The notes under the pieces were generated by a model. It was not told the origin of the DNA and made no database searches. It was given only the letters and a program-made list of their open reading frames with translations. DNA of 64,000 nucleotides, taken from contig NC_057718.1 of assembly GCF_004010195.1 (NCBI RefSeq), positions 38,067,152-38,131,151 of the forward strand. The letters run 5' to 3'. Shown here one piece after another: positions 23,723 to 35,415 of this stretch. Within the stretch, counting starts at the first letter, position 1, and every line of letters starts with the position of its first letter. The position numbers and the translations under genes are program-made. Source of the stretch: Chiloscyllium plagiosum (taxonomy: Eukaryota).

Positions 23723-25949
23723 GCCACTGATGAGGATGCCAATCAACAACTAACAACTGTGATCTCAGATTAAAATTCTAAAATGTCGAATATGCTAAGG
23801 AACGTGGAACCTTTTTTATTCTTTTCTGTAGTAGACACTTTCTGTTTTTAAACCTATTATCTGTGTTTGTACCTGGTGTCATATTTTTATTATTTTTCGA
23901 AGGTTGGTAGGAAATAAATGCTACTTTCTTTTACTCAAGAAAGCTCCTTTATTTTGACATTTTTGATTTATGTATGAGAAAAATTTGGTGGAACAGATAG
24001 AAAGGCGTTAAAAAGAGGGGAACTGAATTACCCTTCCTCACTTGGTCATAACAGAACTGTATCTTAAAAAGAGGACACTGAATGGAATGAAGAGCAGATT
24101 CACCAGAATGTTACCACAACTATAAGATTTAGATCAGTGCTTGCCAAACATTTTACCCATATTGAGGCTTGAAAATTGTGGTGACCCTCTCAATGTGAAC
24201 AGCAGAAATCAGATAGGCGTCAGTGAGAGTGGAAGCCTGTTAGGATAGGAGCACAGTTGGTATAACTTGGTTTCAGCTGTGTGGTGGCCATTGTTGCCTC
24301 ACAGTAGGGGATCTCTAAACTTCAGGCCAGGACCCACGGCAGGTCCCAATCCCCACTTTAAGAAGCCTAATTTATGAAGGAAAATTTACATGGAGTTGTA
24401 TTCCCTCAATAAAGAAAGTTCAGGGCAATTTGACTGAAGTAAAATTTGGAGAGAAACACTGCTACTGGGAATTCAAAGAGAACATTAAAATAGAACTAGG
24501 CCATTCAATTAAAAACAACTTGCTCATACAAAAGATGGTAGAACCTTTTCCTACATAAATCAGTCGTTACTGGCTCTATTAATAAATTTTTAGACTGAAA
24601 TTAATCATTTTTTATTAAGCAAGGGCAGAATCTTACAATTTTTTGACAAAGTGCAAGTTGTGTCAAATTCTTTGGAGGGATTCTCACCGAAAGCACCAGC
24701 GGTATTTCTTGCCTTACCTTGCCAAATAGGCCTCATTCATTACCTACACTGCCCCAATGGTGTCCCTCAGGCCTTATTCATTTTTGCACATGCTGTTTCC
24801 AGAATAATTCACAACTTAGCAGATACCTATCTGCCAATCCCTTCCACCCACACTAAATTTAAAAAGCCTTTGTGCACCGAGGCAGCACAATCAATCTGAA
24901 CAGCCCCTCACTGTTCCAGATACTTTCCTTGGACATGGTAAATGGAAAAAGTGGCACCCCACTTTGTTAGTGCAAACATTGCACTTCCTCTTCATCCAGG
25001 ACCAGCAGTGGAGGCCACGACACCAGACCCTGTCAGCCTGGTCTGAGGTTACCAGCTGGGCCAAAGCAGTCTCAGTCATCTGGAGCAATGTCTAGCACTC
25101 TGGGAAAGAAGTCAATACCTTTCTCTATTTTGCCAGCACAATTGCCATCATCTTCTCCCGGATATCTCACACTTCGTTGAGCCTGGTCCAATCTGTGATT
25201 TGGGTGCACATCTGTGAGTGCACAGTCTCCTTGCTGCAGCATTACAATGATCAAGACACAGCACTGATGTGCAGAAGCATCCCATAAGTGGATCGGAACT
25301 ATGCCATGATGGTTCTTAGCGCCTGGCATATGACAAATACCAATGTCTGTTGATGTGGGGTGTGTGTTTGTGCCCATGGACTGTGCTGTGCCTTGAGACA
25401 TTGGTATCCAGTGTATGACATAGAGTTACTTCAAAGCAAGTGCTGATGAAGCTGGCAGATACCTGTTCCAAATTTCATGCTTACTTTGTATTTTTGGTAA
25501 GATAGGAAGCTCAATAATAATGAGGTGAGACATGCTTATAGTGAGGCATTTAACAAGCTGTAATCTCTCTTATGTTCACAACTCAATGATGCCCAGTGAG
25601 AAATTCACCTCAATGCTCGAGTAAAGTGTAAAAGATGGCCTGAGATGTTCCCGATGTTAAGACTGTCCTTTCTGGACTGCTTGTCCCTTCTCCTTTAAAT
25701 CTCACCATAGCCCCATGTCGCTCAAACTCGGGATATGGAGCCAAAGTATATGGATGGAAGTAGAAAGCAGATCAGCCATCTTCTAGAATAGCTGAAGCTG
25801 AAAACAGTACCCGGCTTGAATGGCCTGCTTCTGTCGACGTTTAAAAAAAACAAATCAGAGCTTGCATTATCTGTGCAGAATTGAAAAGAAAAATGGGCAG
25901 ATATTTTTGACTGCTCCATAATTAGTTTTTTTTTAAAAGAAAAAGTTAT

Positions 25950-27400
25950 TTCCTTTTCTTAAACTAAGAGAATACAGATTGGTTTGGAAGTAATTAAGTG
26001 AACATGCGTTTGTGTTCACAAAGTTAATGCGATAGTGTGCGCCTTCGTGATGGGCCGTCATAATTTCTCTCCATGGACTGTAATTAACTGAGTTTCATCT
26101 TGGAACCTCTCCGTACGTCGCGGAGAGACGTGGTCGCGAGTCTCAAATATGTGCAAATGTTAGTGCAATGGTGAATCAATAGGTGATTTAAACATGACAG
26201 CTTTGGGGCTTTCTGGAGGGCAGTCTGCCTTTAATTTGTTCGAGCCATTGCAGGATTATGGGTGCAATTGCACACCGTATTCTGTCCAAGTGACGTCAGG
26301 ATATGAAAACTGCAAGGTAAGAAGTGTTCAGCAGTTTGTTTAAAACTAAATGATTGCATTGTTTTCTTTTGTGCATGCGTAATTTTCTGAATGGGTCGCA
26401 GCGGTGACAAGACTCTCTTGCAGGATATTGCAGAGCAGCAGGCAAGCAGAGCCCAGCCAATAAGTGATTTATTACTCTTTCATCCGTGCGTGTATTGGAA
26501 CAGAGCTGCAGGCCCACAGCGTGCATCCAAGTGCCAGGAGTTGTGTCACTGAAACAAGACCGGGGGGGTGAAATTAGAGCTGCCAGCAGAGTTTGTAATC
26601 AGTGGGAGGATTCCTTATCGTGCACTGAATTTTTAAGCTTTGCACGTCTGTTTTGTGCAAGACGGGCAGCGTCCGGGCTCTGTGCCCCACAGCACAAACA
26701 GTGCCGGGGAATTGTTCATTGAATTGTACAGCATCGCATCACTTAAATCGTATTGACATTTAAAAGGGCAATGTCAGAATATGGCTGGATTATTTTTTCC
26801 CCTTAAATTTGTTAATTCTCTGTGGACTGGCTTCGAAAATTGTAACCCTGATGGCAGTGCGCGGTGCGCTTGTGAGGGTAGGGAAATGTTTCGCCAAGGA
26901 AGGAAGAATATTCTGGTCAGATCAAAAATCTGTTGGTCTCAGGATTTCGCGATGTGCGAGTGATTGCTGGGGCCCCACAATCGTTAGGGGTGGGGTTAAT
27001 ACTTTAAACTCGTGCAAAGTATGTCGATTCACTTTTTTGTTCTTTGCATCTCAAGCTGTTTTTAGGGAGAGTGGAACGAGTGATGCTGCTAAACTTTAAA
27101 CAGCTCAGTAATTTTGCTTGGTCAGCTTGGATGATTTGAGTTTTGGGTGCAACGTACTGATGGGTTTAGGCTGGATTGATTTGCATGATCATTGCTTAGT
27201 TATTTGACGTAGACTTTGAGTGCAGATCAGAAGGAATGTTGTGAAAATATTTTAAAAACATCAATATAATACATCAGCATTAACACGGAAATCCCAGCTG
27301 CAGTGTCACAACAGTTTTGCCAAGTTACTAATTTGCACAATCAAGGATTTCACTATGAAAAGTGATATCCTGTTAACAACGGAAATAAAACGACGAGGAG
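25950..27400. promoter_or_regulatory. CpG-enriched, repeat-free block, probably a promoter/first-exon region
   Basis: Visibly higher CpG density than the rest of the window (e.g. ccgtacgtcgcggagagacgtggtcgcgag); TGACGTCA at 26291-26298; AGCCAAT at ~26455-26461. Confidence 0.55.
26194..26316 (+). CDS. Candidate first coding exon of an unidentified host gene (MTALGLSGGQSAFNLFEPLQDYGCNCTPYSVQVTSGYENCK, phase 0)
   Basis: aacATG with A at -3, in-frame upstream TAG at 26161, 41 open codons ending at a near-consensus donor AAG|GTAAGA. Confidence 0.4.
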
Positions 27401-27829
27401 AAATGAGAAATTAAAACCTTTGCCCTCGTTGACCTTCTGCTACAAATCTGTTGACGCCTATATTTCACATCTGAAGTTGCTCAAACTTGCCAATATGAGA
27501 CAGGACTTTAATTTAGGTAAAGGGGTAGAAGAACGCACCAAATTTCAAGTGAATGTTATTTGAACCATAGAGGGTATGAATTGAAGCTGCATTACTTAAT
27601 GTATCATTGCTGTGAACCTTTATTTGGTTCAAGTGTTGTCATGAACGTTTCATGGTTATTAAGTCCTAAACAGGAACTGGTTGAAATTCAGTTGTCAGTG
27701 CAGGGACATGAAATTTTCAGATTCACCATGTTATTTTCATTTATAGGAACATACCCCGAAACTGCATGGCCTTCTGTTGGGTTATCCAAACTGAAAGTGT
27801 CTTCTCCAATTATCCAACAGAAATTAACA

Positions 27830-29550
27830 ACCAAAGATCTGCAGAGCTCTGAGATGCAGAGAGATCTAGGTATATGTAACCAGGAAGAGTAATAGAATGT
27901 TATGATTTATTGCAAGAGGAATTGAATGCAAGAATAGGAAGGTTGCACTTCAGTTACTTAGGGCATTGGTGAGACTGCATCTGGAGTACTGTGTACAGTA
28001 GTGGTCACTGTACTTGCAGAAAGATATTAATGCATTGGAAGTAGTTCAGTGAAGTTCATGAAACCAATACCTGGAATAAACAGGTTGCCTTTTGAAGAAA
28101 GGCAAGACAGGCCAGGCCTGTATCCTCGAGAAAATGATAAATTAATTGAAACATGCAAGACCTTGAGGGGACTTGATTGGTTGGATGTCAAAAGGATGTT
28201 ACATTTTGTGGGAGAATCCAGAACTAGCTTAAAATTAAGGGTTTAGGAGAAAGTGAAGACTGCAGATGCTGGAGATCAGAGTTGAGAGTGTCGTATTGGA
28301 AAAGCACAGCAGGTCAGGCAGCATCTGAGGAGCAGGAGAATCGACGTTTCAGGTATCTGCCAATCATCAGAAATGAGGCTTTTGGGCTTGGGGGCTGAGA
28401 GATAAATGGGAGGGGGTTGGGACTGGGGGGGGGAAGGTAGCTGAGAATGCAATAGGTAGATGAAGGTAGGGGAGAAGGTGATAGGACAGAGAGGAGGGTG
28501 GAGCAGATAGATGGGAAATCCTCCACCACTTCTGCCACCTACAAACAGATCTCATCACGAGGGATACATTTCCCTCCCCACCTCTATCAGCGTTTCGGAG
28601 AGACCAAACCCTCCTTGTCAGATCCATGCCCCCTCATCAGCCCTCATCCCACTCCCAGCATCTTCCCCTGCCACTGCAGGAAGTGCAAAATCTGCGCTCA
28701 CACGTCTCCTAACACCTCCGTCCAAGGCTCCAAAGGATCCTTCCACATCCGACAGAAATGTACCTCCACAAATGTCATCTATTGTACCCAATTTGGTCTC
28801 CTCTACATTGGGGAGACAGGACGATAACTTGCGGATCATTTCAGAGAACATCTCTGGGACACCTGCACCAACCAACCCCACCGCCCTTTGGCTGAACACT
28901 TCAACTCCCCCTCCCACTCCGCCAAGGACATGCAGGTCCTGGGCCTCCTCCATTGCCAAACCCTTACCACCCAATGCCTGGAGGAAGAACACCTCGTTGT
29001 CCGCCTTGGGATCCTGCAACCACATGGGTTTAATGTGGATTTCATCAATTTCCTCATTTCCCCTCCCCTTACATTATCTCAGTCCTAAGCCTCCAACTTG
29101 GCACCACCCTTCTATCTGCTCCACCCTCTTCTCCGACCTATCACCTTCTCCCCCACCTTCATTTACCTATTGCATTCTCTGCCCTCATTCCTGTTGAAGG
29201 GTTTACGCCTGAAATGTTGATTCTCCTATTTCTTCGATGCTGGCTGACCTGCTGTGCTTTTCCAGCACCAAACCCTCAACTGAAAATAAGGGGTTGCCCA
29301 TTTAAGACAGATGAGAAAACATTTTTTCTCAGAGGGTTGAGAGTCTTTGTAATCCCCTTCCTCAAACAGTAATGGATGCAGAATCCTTAAATATTTTTAA
29401 GACAGAGATAGACTCTTGATTACTAAGGGGTGAAAGATTATTGAGGATATGCAGGAACATAGAGTTAAGGTTTTAAAATCAGATCAGCCATGATCTTAAT
29501 GAATGATAAAGCAGACATGGAAGACCAAGTAGCCCATTCCTGATCATATC
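27830..29550 (+). mobile_element. Old CR1-like LINE 3' part interrupted by a Penelope-like element
   Basis: HLEYCVQ remnant (catctggagtactgtgtacag); resumes at 29283 with tttttctcagagggttg and a CR1-type 3' UTR. Confidence 0.75.
28244..29282 (+). mobile_element. Penelope-like element (family A) with an inverted 5' copy of its 3' terminus
   Basis: PCHCRKCKIC, NVIYC..GLLYIGETGR, AEHFNSPSH; 28244-28512 is the reverse complement of the 3' end; imperfect TSD aaaat(t)aaggg(g)tt. Confidence 0.9.
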
Positions 29551-30109
29551 CCATCCCAAAGTGCTAAAAGCTGAATTGGGGTTATTTTGTGCTGGTAAAT
29601 TGACCAAACCTGTACTCTCCCTTCCGAGTGTAACTGCTCTTACTAAAAAGAAATCCACTTTAATATGCAAGGCACAGTGTGGCAGCAGGGAGATAATTGA
29701 AGCAGTAGAAAAATATCTGGCATCCTTCAAACAGCAGGATAGGAATGAAGAGGAACTGCCGAAACATGGTACTGATAGCTCCGTAGCTGAAGTTATAAAT
29801 AGTAACTTGCTCTTTCGAGCTGTCTTGTTTTTACTTTGTTAGAATATACTTAAAAGGTGCACAGTTCGTAAATTCATTGAGTTCTTCATTTAAATTGGAT
29901 TGATAAATTAGATGAGGGCCCAATGATGTGTATCGAAATTGCTACTTAGGTGCACTATTTGTCCATGTCCATGGGAACATGAAAGGCAATAGACCTAATA
30001 TCAGAGACAGCAACAAAAAGTCATTATTTGAAATAAATTATTTGTCATGGCTTGTTAATGTGAAAGTGAAAATAAATTAGTATGACTTAACTTCCACTGG
30101 CACAAGACA

Positions 30110-30500
30110 AGAACATAAGAAAAAAGGAGCAGGACAACCTGTTGAGCCTACTCTGCTACTCAGTAAGATCATGCTTGATTTTGGATTTCAATCTGATATT
30201 TTTTTCCTGTAGCTTCTCAGAGCCTTTAATTGCCTAATAAACCAAAAATCATCTACCTCAGCCTTCAGATGTATTTAACGATGAACATCCACAACCCTTA
30301 TGAACAGATTTGAAACAATTCGCCAATAAGTGAAGTAAATTCTCTTCTTCTCAATCCTATCTGATTTACCCATGTTTTTAGATTCCCTTGGCAAGTTGAA
30401 ACAATTTACCTAACTGCAGAGCCCCTTCAGAATTTTGCATGTTTAATGAGATTGTTTCTTTATTTTCTGGAGTTTCAAAAGTTTTCAGCCAATTATCATA
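30110..30500 (-). mobile_element. Old CR1-like 3' end
   Basis: gaacataaga tail and agtaagatcatg 3' UTR motif in reverse orientation. Confidence 0.55.
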
Positions 30501-32469
30501 GAAAAAGCTGGCAACATTTCTCGTTGAAGAGAAAGAATTGTATGCCATATTGAAAAGCATTTTTATTTAAATCTTGAGCACAATCTTCTCGATTTTCACA
30601 CTTTTGGTTTAGTGAGTCTTTTAAAGGGCTGCATCTTAACATGAAATTTTTTTAAATTTGTGTAGTGACACTTCACTTATTTTTGTTTGAGAGCTTAGCT
30701 TCTAAAGTGAGAAAATAGTTCAGTTCACTGGAGACTTGACTTTTCAAAAAATAGTACCCAAGTGTTTTAGCAACTAAAGGCATAATTTCGAAGAAACCTT
30801 CATCAGCTAAATGGGGGACAATTGTTCACAGACTTGAAGTTTACAACTGGAGAGGCCCAGAAGAAGCTACATTCAGATAGAAACTGGATCAAAGAGAGTA
30901 GAGCATGCACAACAGTTGTCTCTCAACAACCAGAGTGAGGGAAAATGTTGCTAAGATGAAAATTCCAGAAACAGGTGTCAGAAACAAAATACATTTGACA
31001 AAGCTGTTCTAGACATGAGATGAAGGAATTAATGTCTGGTAATAAATTAGTTGAATTAGCAGCTTGTTTAAGGGTCCCAGGAAAATAAATTAACTAAAGA
31101 AAATGACATTAAGTGAATCCATGCAAAAACCTTATTGAAAGGAAATAAATTTTAGCTGAATAAGGAGCTTTAGTGTGGAGATGGGATTGAATCTTTCTTG
31201 TATTTGTAATTGTTTTTCAAATAGTTGTATATTGTAAAATACTTTATGGTTTTCTTGTATGTGTAATTAACTTTGTTAAAAGTACATGAGCAGCCTCTTG
31301 TGAACATATTTAGTAACTGACCTTTGTTAACTGGAAAAATAAAACTTATGATCCATCAAGCCAGGTATCCTTCTAAGCTTAGACTTGCCTTGTACCACCA
31401 TCAGCTGGGACCATAGCATTGAAATACTTTAATATTTTCTACTTCCAAGCAAATATTTTGTTTCTCAAACATTCTTTAATAAGGGTGAGCTATTCGATAA
31501 CTTCAGTTTTTCAGAACGATCTCCACTTCTTTTGAGTGGAGATTTTTAGTATCCACGTGGTAGTCATCTTCAGCAAGAGGACATCTGACTGATCTGTCCT
31601 GAGGTCTTCTCAAGGTTATGTACAAGCAATTTATAACAATTAGGAAATTCCCAGTGGAGTGTTTGCACAATCAGAAAGCTATGGTTGAAACTCCCCATGT
31701 CGTGAAACAGGACTATGAACTCATTTCTTCCTCTCCAGACACACCATAACTTGTAAACTCTTTTAAGTCAAATTAACTCCAATTGTTCAGTGTTTTTCAG
31801 TTGACTGACTGCAATGCAAAATGACTCTGTTTAAATGTTATCCACCTCAACCACCAAGTCAGTTACTTCTATGAAATTTCTGTTTGCCTAATAAAGTGTG
31901 CAGATGAAGGTTGAAAGAGCCAATGCTTATGGACTTAAACATTTGAGCATAGGTACTATTGAAATCTAACCAGTGAAAAATGTGCAGTTACTGTGGCATA
32001 GAATTGCTCACACTCACAGTGCTTGTCCATAAAGGATTATACTTCCTGTGTGAGCAGCACTTTTCAGGATTTTGTGAAGCCAGGTGTGAAGAATATCAGC
32101 AATCTGTGACAGGCGTATCTTTTTAAGGTTCATTAGCCAACCAAACTGGATGGCCAATCATTAGCTGTACTTTACTGTGGACTTGTTGGTTGGATTACCA
32201 AGTCTACTGCAATGGATTAATGATTCTGAATTTCCATTGATGAGCATGTGATCTCAGAGTTATTTCAATAGTTATTTGTGTGGTGTAGACTGAGGATCAT
32301 GAACTTCCTGATTTAGATTTTGACTTGCAGCAGACCTCAGACTGTTTTTTGTTCACATTGGTGGAAATGGTGTATTCCTGGATCAGGTCACACCTTCTGC
32401 CACTGAAAGCAAGAATCCTTAGACTGTGGAAAAAGTCCCAGGAGATAGGAAAACTGAAAATGTGACTTG

Positions 32470-33580
32470 GATGAGGAAAATAAATGAACAATACCAAGTT
32501 TGCAGATGACACAAAATAGGTAGGAATGTACTATAGTCAAATGGATGATCACACAAAAGAGTTGGCAGAGGGGTATAGGCAAGTTAAGTGTGCACGCAAA
32601 ATCTTGGCAGATGAAATATATTGTGGGAAAATGTGAGGTTATGCACTTGGGCAGGAAGAATAGAGGAACTAAATATTATTTCAATGGAGAAATAATGCAG
32701 ACAACTACAGAACAAAAGGATTTGAGAGTCCTTGTGTATGAATCACAAGCTAGCATCTAAGTTCAGTAGGTAGTAAGGAAAGTAGTGGAATGTTGTTCTT
32801 TATTTCAAAGGGAATGGAGTATAAAAGCACGGTGCAAAAACAGAAATTGTTGGAGAAATTCAGCAGATCGGGTAACATCTTTGGAGAGAAAGCTGAGTTA
32901 ACATTTTGAGTCCAGTGATCCTGGAACAGCTGCTTTCTTTCCACAGCTGCTGCCAGACTTGTTAAATTTCTCCAGCAATTTCTGTCAATGTTTCAGACTT
33001 CCCGCATTTGCACTTCTTTTGTATGATAAAAGTAAGAAGCTTTTCCTAAAGCGATATATGGCACCAGTCAGGTCTTCCTGAAATACTGTGAACAGTTTTG
33101 GCCCCCTTATCTAGTCCAGTGAAGATTCACTAGCCTAATAACAAATATGGAGAAATTGTCTTCTGACTTGAGGTTGAATACAATGGGCTTGTATTCATTG
33201 GAATTTAGAAGAATGAGAGGTGACATTATTGACACATAGATGATTCTTAGAGGACTTGACAGGGCGGATGCTGAAAATATTGTTTTCCTCTGCAAGAGAG
33301 TCTCCGTCCAGAGGATTTACTTATAAAGGTAACACATTTTAGACAGATGAAGAGAATTTTTTTCTGAAAGTATACAAACCTGTGAAATTGTTTACCACAG
33401 AGGGCTGTTGAGTGTATTCAGTGTATTCAAAGTTGAGATATAGGTTAAAACAATCAGCAATGGAATCAATAATTTATAAGAAAAAGGCAGGAAATCAGAG
33501 TTGAGAATTTTCAGATCAGCCATGATTGGTGGAGCAGACTTGAAGGGCTGAATGTCCTACTTCAGCTCCGATATGGTCTA
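32470..33580 (+). mobile_element. Old CR1-like LINE with a short inverted-repeat element inserted at ~32833-33025
   Basis: KFADDTK, WQMKYIVGKCEVMHLGRKN; ataaaag repeated on both sides of the insert. Confidence 0.8.
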
Positions 33581-34467
33581 GTATCAAATGAACACTGCTG
33601 AGAAGGGAATGTGTGTACAGTTGCATGAAAGGATAATTTGAGCACAAAAGATAGCATCAAGCCATGCTGATAGGCACAACCAAACCACAATATAAAATTT
33701 TACTCTTGAACCATTTGAAAAGTTTTTGAAATTTGTATATTGAGTGGTAATACTCTGAAATACAATCATTGTTCCCAGGTAAAACCCTCCAGACTGTAAA
33801 TGGTTCAAAGAAATACAGATGGAGACCACATGTACTACTTTCACTACATCTGCCACTTACTTGCCTGAAAACCATTGATACCCACCATCAGTGTGGAGCT
33901 TGATTTTGTACTGCATGCCCAGCCAGAGCTGTCAGTGTTCATTCACGTCAGGATTTGAGTTTTAAAAACTTTGCTCTCAGGATATGCATGATCTCAGAAA
34001 GGCAGTATTTGTTGATCTGGGTGCATTTACCATCAAACACATAGCTTCAAACTGGGCTTGGATATAGGCCAGATCAGAGATTGGAGAAAGGTTCCATTCC
34101 TTGTAGGACATGTATTAATCAGCTTGGTCTTTATAAATAGCTGGAACTTTCTCTGTTCTTCTCTTGTATGTTGTCTGTTGCCAGATTTATGTAATTCAAT
34201 TTCAGGAGGAATCAATGCAATTAGAAAGTCAAGGAAATAGTGTCATCAAGAAGGACAGACACAGGACTTAAATACATTTTCTTTAGGAACAGTGGAAATG
34301 GGAATGGTGGGGACAGGGGTGTGGGGGATAGTGTGGGAACAAGAAGACAGTCATTTTAAGATAGGGACAGCTTTGTATGAACTGTAGGTTTCAAAACTAA
34401 ATGTTGGGACAGAAGATGTTCACAGTGATGTTAGGTAAGCTGATTGGGTAGAATAGATTGATTTCAA

Positions 34468-35415
34468 TTATAGGGTCATTGAGATGTACAGCACGAAAAC
34501 AGACTCTTTGGTTCAACTTGTCCATGCCAACCATCAAATTAATCTAGTCCCATTTGCCAGCACATGGCCCCTGTCCCTCTACACCCTTCCTTTTCATGTA
34601 CCCATCCAGATGCCTTTTAAACGTTATCATTGTACCAGCCTCCACCACTTCTCCTGGCAGCTCATTCCATACACACACCACCCTTTGTGTGAAAAGTTGC
34701 CTCTTAGGTCTCGTTTAAATCTTTTCCTTCTCACCGTAAACTTTTGCTTCTAGTTCTGGACTCCCCCACCCTAGGAAAAAGACTTTGTCTATTTATCCTA
34801 TCCATTCCTTTCATGATTTTATAAACCTTTATAAGGTCACGCCTCAGCCTTCGACGCTCCAGGTAAAACAGCCACAGCCAATTCATGCTCTCCCTATAGC
34901 TCAAATCCTCCAATCCTGGGAACATCCCTGTACATCTTTTCTGAAGCCTTTCAAGTTTCACAACATCCTTCTGATAGGAAGGAGAACAGAATTGCACGCA
35001 ATGTTCCAAACATGGCCTAACCAATGTCCTGTACAGCTGCAGCATGACCTCTCAACTCCTATACTCAATGCTCTGACCAATAAAGGAAAACATACCAAAC
35101 ACCACCTTCACTATCCTATCTACCTGCGACTCTACTTTCACGAACTGTGAACCTACACTCCAAGGTCTCTTTGTTCGACAACACTCCCCTAGACCTTACC
35201 ATTAAGTGTGTAAGTCCTGCTCTGATTTGCTGTTCCAAAATGCAGCAATTCACATTTATCTAAATTAAACTCCATCTGCCACTCCTCTGCCCAATGTCCC
35301 ATTGTCAAGATCCCATTGTACTGTGAGGTCCATCACAACTCCAATTTTGGTGTCTTCTGCAAACTTACTAACTATACCTCCTATGCTCACATTCAAATCA
35401 TTGATGTAAATGACT
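34468..35415 (-). mobile_element. CR1-clade LINE 3' part
   Basis: Minus ORF 34731-35045 (LYRTLVRPCLEHCVQF); 3' UTR. Confidence 0.92.

Noticed and set aside
28511..29197. 228-aa Pro/Ser-rich ORF
   Set aside because: Alternative frame of a C-rich Penelope-like element
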